Source: an uncultured cyanobacterium (GTDB taxonomy: Bacteria; Cyanobacteriota; Cyanobacteriia; Phormidesmidales; Phormidesmidaceae). Taken from it: 64,000 bases of DNA. Position numbers and translations under genes: made by a program. The stretch spans positions 544,001-608,000 of the forward strand of contig CAWBZI010000006.1 of NCBI GenBank assembly GCA_963793265.1, read 5' to 3'. Below the pieces are notes generated by a model. The model was given only the letters and a program-made list of their open reading frames with translations. It did no database searches and was not told the DNA's origin. Shown in pieces: positions 10,090 to 20,006 of this stretch (positions are counted from its first letter, which is position 1; every line of letters starts with the position of its first letter).

Positions 10090-10439
10090 AGATACATCGA
10101 TTGCTAAAAATTACGGCTGCGATTTGGCTGGTGCGGGCTACTCCTAGCGAGGCCACCTGTGATTTTTTTGCTGAACCGCAGCGCTACAACACGCAGAATA
10201 GCGGTGATGTGATTGTAATTGGACAGCAGGCAGATAGACGCTACCGTGTGGTTCTCAGCGGTGAAGATGAAAGGGTTTTAGCTGAGATTCAAGCCTGCAT
10301 TCCAGATGCGTTTGCCACCAGCGCTCAGTTCGGGCCATACATTCAAATTGCTAGCTTCAGCAGTCGCGCCGATGCCGAAACAATCCGGCGAATTTTACGT
10401 AAGGAAGGCTATCGCGCACGTGTAATATATGCGCGGTGA
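10086..10439 (+). CDS. Small secreted protein with a SPOR-like C-terminal domain
   Basis: Signal-peptide-like N-terminus; PYIQIASFSSRADAE..RRILRKEGYRARV resembles SPOR. Confidence 0.65.
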   Translation: MKIHRLLKITAAIWLVRATPSEATCDFFAEPQRYNTQNSGDVIVIGQQADRRYRVVLSGEDERVLAEIQACIPDAFATSAQFGPYIQIASFSSRADAETIRRILRKEGYRARVIYAR

Positions 10440-10592
10440 GCTAGCGCTTTGCCGGTAACTATCTACGAAATTTCAGCAATTATGGCTGAACTTTACAGAA
10501 AAGATGCATTTTAACGGTTTTGAGAACCAGACTACATGCCATATTAAAAAGATTCTCAGTACGAGTACTGATCTTATTTTTGACACCCGACT

Positions 10593-11474
10593 ATGGGAAA
10601 GGTTCGCGGTAGCAGCGTCTCTTTCAGCAGATTTTACGCTGAGAAGAGGCGCAAATTTATCTCTATAGGCATTGCTGTTGGGCTCATGCTGCTCTCGGCT
10701 CGCGCCGTGAGTGCCTTAACTGTACAGAGCGATCGCTGGCTGTCGGTCGATCGCATCAGCGGCAGCGTAGCGCTAGTCACCTATGAGGGCGTTAGCAAGC
10801 AGGCTGCGATTGGCGATCGCCTCACCCGCGCCGGAGATACGCTTACCACCGGGCCTAGATCCTCTGCCCGGCTCACCGTTGATCAGCAGGCCGGGGTGCT
10901 CAGCATGGCCGAAAATAGCCAGCTACAGGTGCGATCGCTTGCCATCACCAACCGCGGTGGCCGCATTACTGAAATGATCGTAAACCGGGGCCAGGTAAGG
11001 CTCAGAGTTCGGCCCCTAACTAATCCTGACACCCGTCTAGAAATTCATACCCCAGCAGGGATTAGCGGCGTCCGCGGCACTGACTTTGGCGTGACCGTTC
11101 AGCCCGGCGGTCAAACTGGCGTCGCCACCCTCGAAGGCAGCGTGATTGCACGCGCTCAAGGCCAGGCCGTGACCGTAGCCGCTGAGCTGCAGTCTACAAT
11201 TACCCCTGGCCAAGCGCCCACCCCCCCAGAGCCCCTACGGGACAATCCCGACTTACAAATCACCCGATTGATTTCAGTTCCGAATAGCTCAGCAGCGCGT
11301 ATTGTGGGATCTACTGATACCGTCAACCTGCTAGAGATAGCCGGTCAGCCGAAACGCCTGAGCCCCAACGGGCGATTTGACGTGGTGGTGTCTATTTCGA
11401 GCGATCGCCGCATTCCAGCTAGGGTAATTACGCCATTAGGCACTGAGCAACAGTACGCATTAGTAGTGCCATGA
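10593..11474 (+). CDS. FecR-domain protein
   Basis: GDTLTTGPRSSARL and EIHTPAGISGVRGTDFGV...VATLEGSV; ATGA overlap with the CHASE2 kinase. Confidence 0.88.
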   Translation: MGKVRGSSVSFSRFYAEKRRKFISIGIAVGLMLLSARAVSALTVQSDRWLSVDRISGSVALVTYEGVSKQAAIGDRLTRAGDTLTTGPRSSARLTVDQQAGVLSMAENSQLQVRSLAITNRGGRITEMIVNRGQVRLRVRPLTNPDTRLEIHTPAGISGVRGTDFGVTVQPGGQTGVATLEGSVIARAQGQAVTVAAELQSTITPGQAPTPPEPLRDNPDLQITRLISVPNSSAARIVGSTDTVNLLEIAGQPKRLSPNGRFDVVVSISSDRRIPARVITPLGTEQQYALVVP

Positions 11475-14428
11475 TCCCCAAAGTCAGACGATTTCGAGGA
11501 CTAAACCGACTGGTACCTGGACTGATTGCTAGCCTGTGCGTCGTCGTACTCCTGAAGCTCAACGCTTGGGTACCGCTAGAGCGAGCCGTCAACAACCAGA
11601 TGATGCTATGGCGCGGTGAGCAGCCCTGGGACAGCCGCATTGTGATGATCAGCGTCGATGACAGAACGCTGAACGCCTACGGCGGAGACTTTCCCATCTC
11701 GCGAGACTACTACAGCGACCTGCTGTGGCTGCTGACCAAAGAGGACGCCAGCGTCGTTGCCTTTAACGTTTTGCTACCTAACAGCACTGCTAGCAGCCCT
11801 AATGCAGCCGCCAGTAGCGCCGCTAACGCTCGCCTTGCCGCTGCTATGGACACACAGGGCAAAGTGGTGATCGGACAAGCGTGGAATTTAAAGGACGAAC
11901 CGATTCAGCCAGTGCCGTTACTGGCTGAAACCGCGATCGCAGTCGGTCATCTTCAGTTTGAAGCCGATCCTGACGGCATCACTCGCCAGGTAGCCGTCAC
12001 CTGGAAAAACCTACCCAGCTTAGGCGTCGCGACCATTCAAGCCTACGGTTTGCAAAAAGAACTCATCAGAATTCCGACCGAGCTACGCGACCTGCAAATC
12101 AACTGGCCCAGCTCCGCCCGCAAACTGGCGACGCTCAGCCTGGTAGATGTTTTAGATGGCAAAACACCGCCCGGCTACCTCAAAGACAAAATCGTCATCG
12201 TGAGCTACGGGGCAACCACTGGCCAAGTCCAAATCAGAACGCCATTCGACCGGCGCGTCGCCATACCGGGCGGCTACCTGCACGCAGCGGTGATCGACAC
12301 GCTGCTCAAGCAGAACTGGCTGCGCCCGGTACCTACAAATGCAGTTGTCGTTTTATTGCTATTGGGCGGCACTGCCTTTGGGGGGTTGCTCTATCGTCAG
12401 CCGACCAGTGTGCAGCTTGCCATCGGCGGTACGCTATTTGGTGGCTGGCTAATGCTGGCGATGGGCGCTTTGTACTTCGGCTTTTTGCTGCCCGTTGTGC
12501 CGCCGCTAATGACGCTGCTGCTAGTCGGCACAGCCGTCACCATCTTGAGCCGCTTGCAGGCCAACGCCTTACTTCAGGTGCGTTCAGCGTTTCTCAACAC
12601 CATGAGCCATGAGATTCGCACGCCGCTCAACGCGATTGTCAACCTTTCAGAAATGCTGCAAGAGACGCCGCTAGACGAGCGTCAAAAGGAGTTTGCCGAA
12701 ACCCTCAACCACAGCAGCCAGGCCCTATTAGCGCTGATCAACGACGTTCTGGACTTCTCTAAAATAGAGTCTGGGCGGCTAATGATAGAAGAGTATCCGG
12801 TATGCCTCAGCGACGCCGTAGAGCGCAGTTTGGAAATGCTGGCTCCTCGCGCGGCTGAAAAAGGCCTAGAGCTGGTCTATTCAATCACACCCGCGACGCC
12901 TGCTGTGATTATGAGTGACCCGGTGCGGCTGCAGCAGATTTTGCTAAACCTGCTGAGCAACGCTGTCAAGTTCACTGAAACCGGGGAAATTTCCGTACAG
13001 GTGCAGGCCAGCATCATTCCTAAGAACGGCAGCTTGTTTTCGCTGCAAAGACTTAATCCTGCCAGATGGAAAAGTCCCCATCTAAGCTCATCAGACTTAG
13101 AGTCTTCCAGGCATTCTGAGCCGTCACAGACTCGGCGCTCACCTACCAGGATGTTTCGAGACGCGCTGACGCCGCTGAATGCCAGCAGCCAACGGTCTAG
13201 GAGTCAACAGACCAATAGTCAACGGTCTAGCAGCCAGCGATCGCAGCACTTATCGCCAGCAGCAGCGCTTTATGAAATTCGCTTTGCCGTACACGATACG
13301 GGCATTGGCATTCCGCCTGAACGGCTCAGTCAACTCTTTCGGCCCTTTAGCCAAGTGAGCGCGGCCACCACGCGTAAATATGGCGGGACGGGGCTAGGGC
13401 TTTCGATTAGTAAGCGGCTGAGCAATCGCATGGGCGGCGATTTGTGGGTCAGAAGCTACCCCGGCGAAGGCAGTACGTTTTACTTCACCGTACAGGCGCG
13501 TTTGGCCGCAGCCACCCAGCCCCCGCCTGCCTATCTGTTGGGACTCAACGGTACCCGTCTGCTGCTGATTGATCGCAATATTACGCGACGCAGCCATTTG
13601 GCCTGGGAGCTTCAGCCGCTGGGCATCAGCTTGGCTCAGGCCACCTCCTTATCAGAGGCCCGATCATTTATGCAAAACGATCCCACCTTCGACGGCATTA
13701 TCTTAGATGAGGCGATCGCAACCAACCTCAAAGAATGCGCGATCGCCATCCACCGCCTCCGCCAAACCGCCCGCAACCAGCATCTACCCGTCATTTTGCT
13801 GCGCACGCTGCAACCTTCATCCCGACAGCCCTCAACGGCTGCGCCCATTCCCGACACCACCACCGTTTGGAAACCGGCTAAGCAAGCAGCCCTTTACCAG
13901 GCACTGCGCTCTATTCATCCGGTGACGTTAGCGCTGCCGCCAACAGCCCTATCAGCGCTGTCTTTTCAAGAAGGCAAGGCGACGATTAAAGCAGCACATC
14001 AGCCTACAAAACCTTTTTTGGCTAAAGCCGCCAGCGATCACGCTAACCTCAGAATTCTGATCGCTGAAGACAACCGAATCAATCAAAAAGTTGCCCTCCG
14101 ACTGCTAGAGCTACTAGGCTATCGCGCCGATGTTGTGAGTTCAGGCATAGAGGTACTATCGGCCATAGAGCGCCAGCAGTACGATGTGATTTTGATGGAT
14201 ATGCGGATGCCCAATTTAGATGGAATAGAAGCCACGCATCAGATTCGTCAGATGCCACAGCATGAGAACATTTGGATCATCGCGATGACCGCAAATGCTA
14301 TGGCTAGAGATCGCCAGCGATGCTTCGAGGCGGGTATGGATGACTATTTGAGCAAGCCTATTAACCGCAAAGCTTTAGAGAGCGCCTTGCAAAGAGATCC
14401 GGTGAAGCCGCGCGATCGCCTAGCCTAA
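11471..14428 (+). CDS. CHASE2-domain hybrid histidine kinase (HisKA-HATPase-degenerate REC-REC)
   Basis: CHASE2 (IVMISVDD, DPDGITR, G..LHA) plus 3 TM helices; MSHEIRTPLN; NAVKFT; GGTGLGL; terminal receiver ILMDMRMP. Confidence 0.92.
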   Translation: MIPKVRRFRGLNRLVPGLIASLCVVVLLKLNAWVPLERAVNNQMMLWRGEQPWDSRIVMISVDDRTLNAYGGDFPISRDYYSDLLWLLTKEDASVVAFNVLLPNSTASSPNAAASSAANARLAAAMDTQGKVVIGQAWNLKDEPIQPVPLLAETAIAVGHLQFEADPDGITRQVAVTWKNLPSLGVATIQAYGLQKELIRIPTELRDLQINWPSSARKLATLSLVDVLDGKTPPGYLKDKIVIVSYGATTGQVQIRTPFDRRVAIPGGYLHAAVIDTLLKQNWLRPVPTNAVVVLLLLGGTAFGGLLYRQPTSVQLAIGGTLFGGWLMLAMGALYFGFLLPVVPPLMTLLLVGTAVTILSRLQANALLQVRSAFLNTMSHEIRTPLNAIVNLSEMLQETPLDERQKEFAETLNHSSQALLALINDVLDFSKIESGRLMIEEYPVCLSDAVERSLEMLAPRAAEKGLELVYSITPATPAVIMSDPVRLQQILLNLLSNAVKFTETGEISVQVQASIIPKNGSLFSLQRLNPARWKSPHLSSSDLESSRHSEPSQTRRSPTRMFRDALTPLNASSQRSRSQQTNSQRSSSQRSQHLSPAAALYEIRFAVHDTGIGIPPERLSQLFRPFSQVSAATTRKYGGTGLGLSISKRLSNRMGGDLWVRSYPGEGSTFYFTVQARLAAATQPPPAYLLGLNGTRLLLIDRNITRRSHLAWELQPLGISLAQATSLSEARSFMQNDPTFDGIILDEAIATNLKECAIAIHRLRQTARNQHLPVILLRTLQPSSRQPSTAAPIPDTTTVWKPAKQAALYQALRSIHPVTLALPPTALSALSFQEGKATIKAAHQPTKPFLAKAASDHANLRILIAEDNRINQKVALRLLELLGYRADVVSSGIEVLSAIERQQYDVILMDMRMPNLDGIEATHQIRQMPQHENIWIIAMTANAMARDRQRCFEAGMDDYLSKPINRKALESALQRDPVKPRDRLA

Positions 14429-14485
14429 ACCGGCATTTTGCTAAACTGGCCCCTTGCTAAACTGGCACCCTGCTAAACCGGCACC
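14425..14485. repeat. 16-bp tandem repeat (about 4 units) filling the gap between two convergent stop codons
   Basis: CTAAACYGGC-N6 units start at 14425, 14441, 14457 and 14473. Confidence 0.85.
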
Positions 14486-15294
14486 AGCGTGTGGCCTGCC
14501 GGAACCCACTGCCAGAGTGATCGCAATTCACTTTGCGTAGGCCGCTTCCCCAGCCCTAGCCGTGCCAAAATCAGCCGAATAGTCACCTGATTAAAGCAAT
14601 CTGGAAACCGATACTGCTCTTGAGCGTGATCCAAAAAGAATGACTGATGATATTTTTTCAGCGTTTTCGATAGCCGAGAAATGTCTTGTAATAAAGGCTG
14701 AACCTCACTCAAACGGTGAGCGTGGTGAGCTAATAGCAGCTCGGCAGCATTGCTAAAGTGCATGCCTTCATCTTTTACAAGGTGATGCCCCATGCGTTTA
14801 ATCTCAGCGCCAAAGTGACGATAATACTCTCGCAAATCACGGCGATAAGAATACACAGAGCCAATCTCATCAAACATCATCGCCACGAGAATAGAAAATT
14901 CGTCTTCAAACAGCCTTTCAATCGGCTTGATTTCATGCACACGTGCCGAAAAAAGGCGCGTCATTGTCTGGTAGCTCACGCCTGCAATGCTGTGATAGGT
15001 GCGGCGCAAGCCCTCATAGTGCTTAAGCTCGTCCGCTAGCCACAGATCGAGCATCTTTAAAAAGTCTTCAGACATTTCTGACCTACGCCCCTGCACGTGC
15101 TGATAGAGAGATTGCGCATCGCCTTCAGAGAAAACATCACGACTGAGAAGCTTTTGAAAATTTTCAACAACATCCGGTAGCGCATTATCAAAATAGTGCT
15201 GTGGGATCACATGATCGGCAGAGATAACAGACTCTAAGTCCCAGACATTTTGATTTATTCTCAGGCGATTTGTTCTTTTTAGTACAGCTATCAA
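14473..15294 (-). CDS. Ferritin-like di-iron carboxylate protein
   Basis: E..DExxH..E..DExxH ligand pattern (SEGDA, ADELKHY, FDEIGS, KDEGMHF); TTG start with AAGGAG 7 nt upstream. Confidence 0.78.
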   Translation of the reverse strand: MIAVLKRTNRLRINQNVWDLESVISADHVIPQHYFDNALPDVVENFQKLLSRDVFSEGDAQSLYQHVQGRRSEMSEDFLKMLDLWLADELKHYEGLRRTYHSIAGVSYQTMTRLFSARVHEIKPIERLFEDEFSILVAMMFDEIGSVYSYRRDLREYYRHFGAEIKRMGHHLVKDEGMHFSNAAELLLAHHAHRLSEVQPLLQDISRLSKTLKKYHQSFFLDHAQEQYRFPDCFNQVTIRLILARLGLGKRPTQSELRSLWQWVPAGHTLVPV

Positions 15295-15336
15295 TCCAAT
15301 ACTCCTTATCTTCTGTTCTCTCTAGCCTTAGAAAAA

Positions 15337-16689
15337 TCAACCGTCTATATCTGGGATATAGAGCCCGTCATTAGAAACAATGTGAGGAATAATCAAACAG
15401 TGCCGCCCCGTCACTCGCGAGGTATCGCCTCGAATCACAACCCCTGCCGCATCGCCATCCACTGCCCAGCTTCCGATCATGTAGTAATAGCCAAACGCCT
15501 GCGCCAGCTCAACGTATTCTTGAATAATAAAGCCTTCGCTGCCGTAGCCATACGTCTCTCTTTTTTCCAACTCACCCACGCCCGTTTCAATAGAAATACC
15601 CACGCCCTCCATGCCTAGCATCGGCTTTTTAACGTGCATACCCACCACAAGCTCAGTAGATTCTATAGAGATATCATTTTCAAAATAAGTCTCTAACAAA
15701 TACTGGCTATAGCGCGATGATTTAAAGCGCCCCCACATCAGCGCCAGCGCCCCTTTATTAGAAAGCACCTGTTTCCACAAAGGCTCAATCACCTTCACCT
15801 CTCCTGTCTCTAGCCTTTGAGCAAACACCTCCGTGCTGCCGCTTGCTGCCATATCGTTTTGCAAATCAGACCAGTCATACATCTTCCACAGCACCGGAAT
15901 GCGCTCGTTCACATGATCAACAAAGTAGCCTTCGCTATCTAGGCCAAGCCCGCGCTGAACCTGCTGCCCCTGCTCATCTACGAGATCTCGCAAATAAACA
16001 ATTTGGGTATAGATGCTAGCATCCACCTCCTCGTGCAGAATTTGGATGAGCTGCATTGCCATCTCCAAATCTTCTTCTAAATTTTCATCTACTAAAAAAG
16101 AGATGCCCGTCTGTTTGAGATTGTAATCTTCAACAATTCCTCGCCACTGCCCGGCCACTCTTTCCCAGTACTCATTAAACTGGCTAGCATCGCTAGGCAA
16201 AGGCGCAGCGCCCTTTTGATAGTTGCGCTTGTAGTCTACAAACCAGTTCCACTGATAAACAGTTTCAGCCCCTAATAGCGGCGTCTCTCCGTTGATTTCA
16301 AGCAGCTTAATCTGCCTGTCTTCAGTGAGCGCAAAGTCAAAGCGCGTACACAAAGATAAGTCTTCAACCGGCTCCTCACGCTCCCAGCTATTTTTTATCG
16401 CTTGCCAGTAGGCAGGCGGGATTTTCAGCCTGGCTAAACGCTTATCCACCTCACCCTCGCTTTCGTCCGTAAAAAACCAGTCCAAGAACTCAACGCACAT
16501 TTCCCAGAGGCTTTCGGTCGCATCAGCGATCGCCTCTTCCTCGCGAGTATCTAGCTGAATAGCAAACGGCTCAGAAAGCGCCTCTACCCAATACTTTTGC
16601 TTGGCGTCGCTCAAAACATCGGCCTGATAGGCATTTTCTTGAACATGCCTTTTCCAGTTAGGCCGACGGCTCACCTTAATCGGTTTCAT
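15337..16689 (-). CDS. Glutathionylspermidine-synthetase-like ATP-grasp ligase (YgiC/YjfC family)
   Basis: RFDF, KLLEINGETP, IEPLWKQVLSNKG, VKKP..G.EG, IIQEY and IGSW motifs. Confidence 0.88.
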   Translation of the reverse strand: MKPIKVSRRPNWKRHVQENAYQADVLSDAKQKYWVEALSEPFAIQLDTREEEAIADATESLWEMCVEFLDWFFTDESEGEVDKRLARLKIPPAYWQAIKNSWEREEPVEDLSLCTRFDFALTEDRQIKLLEINGETPLLGAETVYQWNWFVDYKRNYQKGAAPLPSDASQFNEYWERVAGQWRGIVEDYNLKQTGISFLVDENLEEDLEMAMQLIQILHEEVDASIYTQIVYLRDLVDEQGQQVQRGLGLDSEGYFVDHVNERIPVLWKMYDWSDLQNDMAASGSTEVFAQRLETGEVKVIEPLWKQVLSNKGALALMWGRFKSSRYSQYLLETYFENDISIESTELVVGMHVKKPMLGMEGVGISIETGVGELEKRETYGYGSEGFIIQEYVELAQAFGYYYMIGSWAVDGDAAGVVIRGDTSRVTGRHCLIIPHIVSNDGLYIPDIDG

Positions 16690-16725
16690 AATTTCTTACG
16701 CCTTCACAATTTCTCACGCTATAGC

Positions 16726-17514
16726 CTACTTCCCGCCTCTGCCTGTGCCCTTATAAGTAGAACCAAACCCCTGGCTCCCTCTGCCCGTAATCGTGCCCCT
16801 AGCAGCCGTACCTTTTGGGCGAGCAGGCGGCGTCGCGCGCGTATGTCTTGGGGCTTCAACTACGCCAGTCCCTACGTTATTTACCACCCGACCATTTGGC
16901 GTGACGACCCGCCCTGGCGTTGAGCTTTGGTAAACCGTGCTGGGCTGATAGAGCCGCCGCTGCGAGCCGCCATCGTTGATGTAAACGTATTGCGTTCTAC
17001 TGCCTAAGAAGGGATAGAAAAAGTAGCCGCCGAAGCGGGGCTGATAGTAGCCCGTGTTTTGAGAATTGGTAGCGGGTTCGCATTCGAGCCCTTCGGCCTG
17101 ACAGTCAGATAGAGAAGCGTAGGTGGGCGCGTGCTTTTGGTAGTCTTGCTGAGCGGCTAGCATTTGGGCCTCGCACTCTTCTGCTTTGAGCGGCGGTTCG
17201 GTGGGAGCAGCTTCTAGCTCGCCGCCTTCAAAGGCCGTTTTTAAGACAGCGTATTCTTCCTGCTGCTTTTGCGCATCGGCTTCGCATTCCTCGGTCGTTT
17301 TATAAAATACGGCAGGAATCTTTTCGTTGGCGTTTTGGTCAGTAATGGCGTTTGGATTGGGTTCGCCGCCAGCGCTAAGATCTGGCTGGCTGTATTGGTA
17401 GCAACTGGATGTGAGTAGAGCGATCGCGGCAGCTAAGCCCAAATGCTGCTGTACGCGCCGCCGCTGAATAGAGCGCATCTGTAGCGGTTGCTGTTCAGGA
17501 TTCGTTGAGGTCAT
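16726..17514 (-). CDS. DUF1190/YgiB-like lipoprotein with a Gly/Arg/Thr-rich tail
   Basis: Lipobox LTSSC; Y.T.EEC, APTYASLSDC.AE and P.FGGY motifs; tail RG...GFGS; lies upstream of the Gsp-like gene. Confidence 0.75.
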   Translation of the reverse strand: MTSTNPEQQPLQMRSIQRRRVQQHLGLAAAIALLTSSCYQYSQPDLSAGGEPNPNAITDQNANEKIPAVFYKTTEECEADAQKQQEEYAVLKTAFEGGELEAAPTEPPLKAEECEAQMLAAQQDYQKHAPTYASLSDCQAEGLECEPATNSQNTGYYQPRFGGYFFYPFLGSRTQYVYINDGGSQRRLYQPSTVYQSSTPGRVVTPNGRVVNNVGTGVVEAPRHTRATPPARPKGTAARGTITGRGSQGFGSTYKGTGRGGK

Positions 17515-17590
17515 GACCTTCCTTTTGAAAATACTTGCGAGTAAATGACGGGTAGAAGTACGAAACGGTAGATAGTCCTGTAGATCTGAG

Positions 17591-18712
17591 CTAGGCAGTA
17601 ATCATAGGCGCAGCGCCAGACATCACAATAAGGTAATCGCCAGCCTCCACAATCTGAGTGCTGTCTGGATTAGAAATGACGCTGCCTTCGAGTCCTTTCT
17701 GTAGCGCGACGACGATACTCTGATAGTGCTGCTTCATATGCACAAAAACATCTATGAAAGGATGACCGATTTGCGACGATGGCAGCGGTAGCTTGTAGAG
17801 CTGATTGCCCGTCTGCGCACTCAGCAGCTCTGAAATTACCTTTGAAATGCCGTGGTTGAGCGTTGCTTGAGAAATGAGCATACTGCTTAGCTCACTGGTG
17901 ATAATCACCTCGTCGGCCTGGGCGCGGTAGCAGGTAAGGGCGTTGGCCTGATCGACTAGCTCGACAATGGTGTAGGCGTTGGGATTAATGCTTTCGATGG
18001 TTAATGTCGAGAGTACTGCTGTGGCGTCTCTAATAGAAGCGTCTAGCTGATCGTCGCCTAAGATAATGACGGTTTTTGCGCGGTTTAGGTTCGCGCGTCG
18101 CAGGGTTTCATCTGAGATGGGGCCGCGAATGAAGGTCATGTTTGGGTCGTCTATGGGCTTGCGATCGCAATTCGCAATCAGCACAATCGCCATTTCCTCA
18201 GCGGACTGCTCCATTCGCAGCTCTTTAACAATGTTAGCGGCTCTCAGATTCCACCCGCACAAAATCACATGATCTGTAAAGTGAGTGTCACTCAAACCTA
18301 ATTCTTCCTTCATTTTTCGCTCCACTAAAACACTGGCCAAAGCGGCGCTCAAGGCAGCTAATAAGCCGATGCCAACAAACATATTAATCACGGCGATAAT
18401 GCGCCCAACAGACGTAGCCGGGGCAATATCGCCATAGCCAACCGTCGTAAGAGTGACGATACTCCACCAAAAGCTATCGACTAGAGAGATAGATTCCACT
18501 CTAGAAATCACCACGCTGCTGGTGATAATGAGTAGCCCTAAAACAAAAGCGATTCGGTCAATATTTTCGTGCTTGATAAATAGCCAGACGGGATGCCACA
18601 GGCGATAAAGATTACGGCCTAATCCAAAGTCTTTTTTAGCTCTTCGCTTACGCCCTAGCAACGCGGTCTTTCTGCGAGAAGATCGCCTGTTAGCCAGTCT
18701 ATTTTTACTCAT
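17591..18712 (-). CDS. Potassium channel with RCK/TrkA-N domain
   Basis: WWSIVTLTTVGYGD selectivity filter; HVILCGWN RCK domain. Confidence 0.93.
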   Translation of the reverse strand: MSKNRLANRRSSRRKTALLGRKRRAKKDFGLGRNLYRLWHPVWLFIKHENIDRIAFVLGLLIITSSVVISRVESISLVDSFWWSIVTLTTVGYGDIAPATSVGRIIAVINMFVGIGLLAALSAALASVLVERKMKEELGLSDTHFTDHVILCGWNLRAANIVKELRMEQSAEEMAIVLIANCDRKPIDDPNMTFIRGPISDETLRRANLNRAKTVIILGDDQLDASIRDATAVLSTLTIESINPNAYTIVELVDQANALTCYRAQADEVIITSELSSMLISQATLNHGISKVISELLSAQTGNQLYKLPLPSSQIGHPFIDVFVHMKQHYQSIVVALQKGLEGSVISNPDSTQIVEAGDYLIVMSGAAPMITA

Positions 18713-18818
18713 TGATTAATCGTAGTACACGCGTCAGCCTATATGAGAAACAGGCTACTACCCCTGTATTCCGCACGTGCGCTTGCACTTGATCAATACA
18801 AGCCTTAGTCTGGCTTGA

Positions 18819-19463
18819 TTACAGCAGTGGGCGACTGTACTTTGCAGCCTCTAAATGCCTTTGGGCTTCCCCGGCAATCCGCCGTGCTCGCTTATCAGCT
18901 AGTCTGGCAAGCCACTGTATCAGAGCCAGCATCGGCACAAAGAAGATAACAATACCCAATAGTAAAGAATGAAAATCGGCCCAAGACCAAACCTCGGGAT
19001 TATCGCCGCTATAGCCGCCCCCAGCAACGATTAAAACGCTCATGCCCAGCAGCATGTAGTAAAAAATATGAAGCGCCCAGGCAAACGCACCCCGAGGAAA
19101 GTATGCTAAAAACATATTTTGTAACAAACTGCGCTGAGCGCGAGCAGTCGTCTTGGTAACGGTTCGCTGCTCTAATGCTGCCAGATTCTCAGCCAGCTCT
19201 TGTTTGAGCTGGTTTAGCTCGCTTGCAATATCTTCTTTAATTGCATGGAGGTGATCGGTGGTACAGTTCTCTTTCACACAGTTCTCTTGGGCTTTTACCC
19301 AATCGTTGAGAAAGTTCACTCTCTTATGAGCAACATCAATTGCTTGATTGCGCTGATCGGCCACGTCCCGTTTTTCTTGCCAATCAAAGAAAGCAGTCAG
19401 TGTAATTGGCAGCAGGCCCAAGACCGCGCCTAAAAGTGCATTGGTTAGTTCAGCCTGAGTCAT
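18819..19463 (-). CDS. Hypothetical membrane protein (TM, coiled coil, 2 TM)
   Basis: 214-aa ORF with three hydrophobic segments and a helical linker. Confidence 0.7.
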   Translation of the reverse strand: MTQAELTNALLGAVLGLLPITLTAFFDWQEKRDVADQRNQAIDVAHKRVNFLNDWVKAQENCVKENCTTDHLHAIKEDIASELNQLKQELAENLAALEQRTVTKTTARAQRSLLQNMFLAYFPRGAFAWALHIFYYMLLGMSVLIVAGGGYSGDNPEVWSWADFHSLLLGIVIFFVPMLALIQWLARLADKRARRIAGEAQRHLEAAKYSRPLL

Positions 19464-19498
19464 CTTGCTTCCAGTATCTCGACGTTAGGTAGCTGTAT

Positions 19499-19855
19499 CT
19501 ATGTTGTTTCGTGTTTTTTTCTTGGCGACTTATTGTTTGGAGGTCTTTTCTTCGCTGAAGTACCGCTTCTAGGCGGTTGGCTCGGCTGAGCGTGGCCATC
19601 ATCGGTGTAGCGAAAATCTTTCTCTACCGTCAGCGTTCTTTTGCGCCAGGTTCTTCCGTTTAGCCTATCAATAGCATCCTGAATAGAATCACCGTCTTCT
19701 AGTCTCACGTATTCGACGGTTTCTTCTTTTTCTCCATCAAAATCACGCTGATCTTTTATATCGATATTATTAAAACCATACTGGGCAAAAAGCCCGCTCA
19801 GATCACACTTCGGCGTATTGTCGGGAAGGTTGCTTACTCTGATGTCGTAATTCAT
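19499..19855 (-). CDS. Divergent RRM-type RNA-binding protein
   Basis: IRVSNLP..LF..YG..AIDRLNG.TW..RTLTVE plus a basic tail; RNP1 is degenerate. ATG at 19855 preferred. Confidence 0.72.
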   Translation of the reverse strand: MNYDIRVSNLPDNTPKCDLSGLFAQYGFNNIDIKDQRDFDGEKEETVEYVRLEDGDSIQDAIDRLNGRTWRKRTLTVEKDFRYTDDGHAQPSQPPRSGTSAKKRPPNNKSPRKKHETT

Positions 19856-20006
19856 TATAAGTTCGCACGTTAACGTGGCAGTACAGCTTTGCAAGCAAAG
19901 AATACTGATGTCTGTCTGTACACACTTAATTACTGCATATCGCTCTTATTTCCCTTCAATCGCTTCAATATTCTTTACAAGGCAGATCAATGAGGCGCTG
20001 TCGTTT

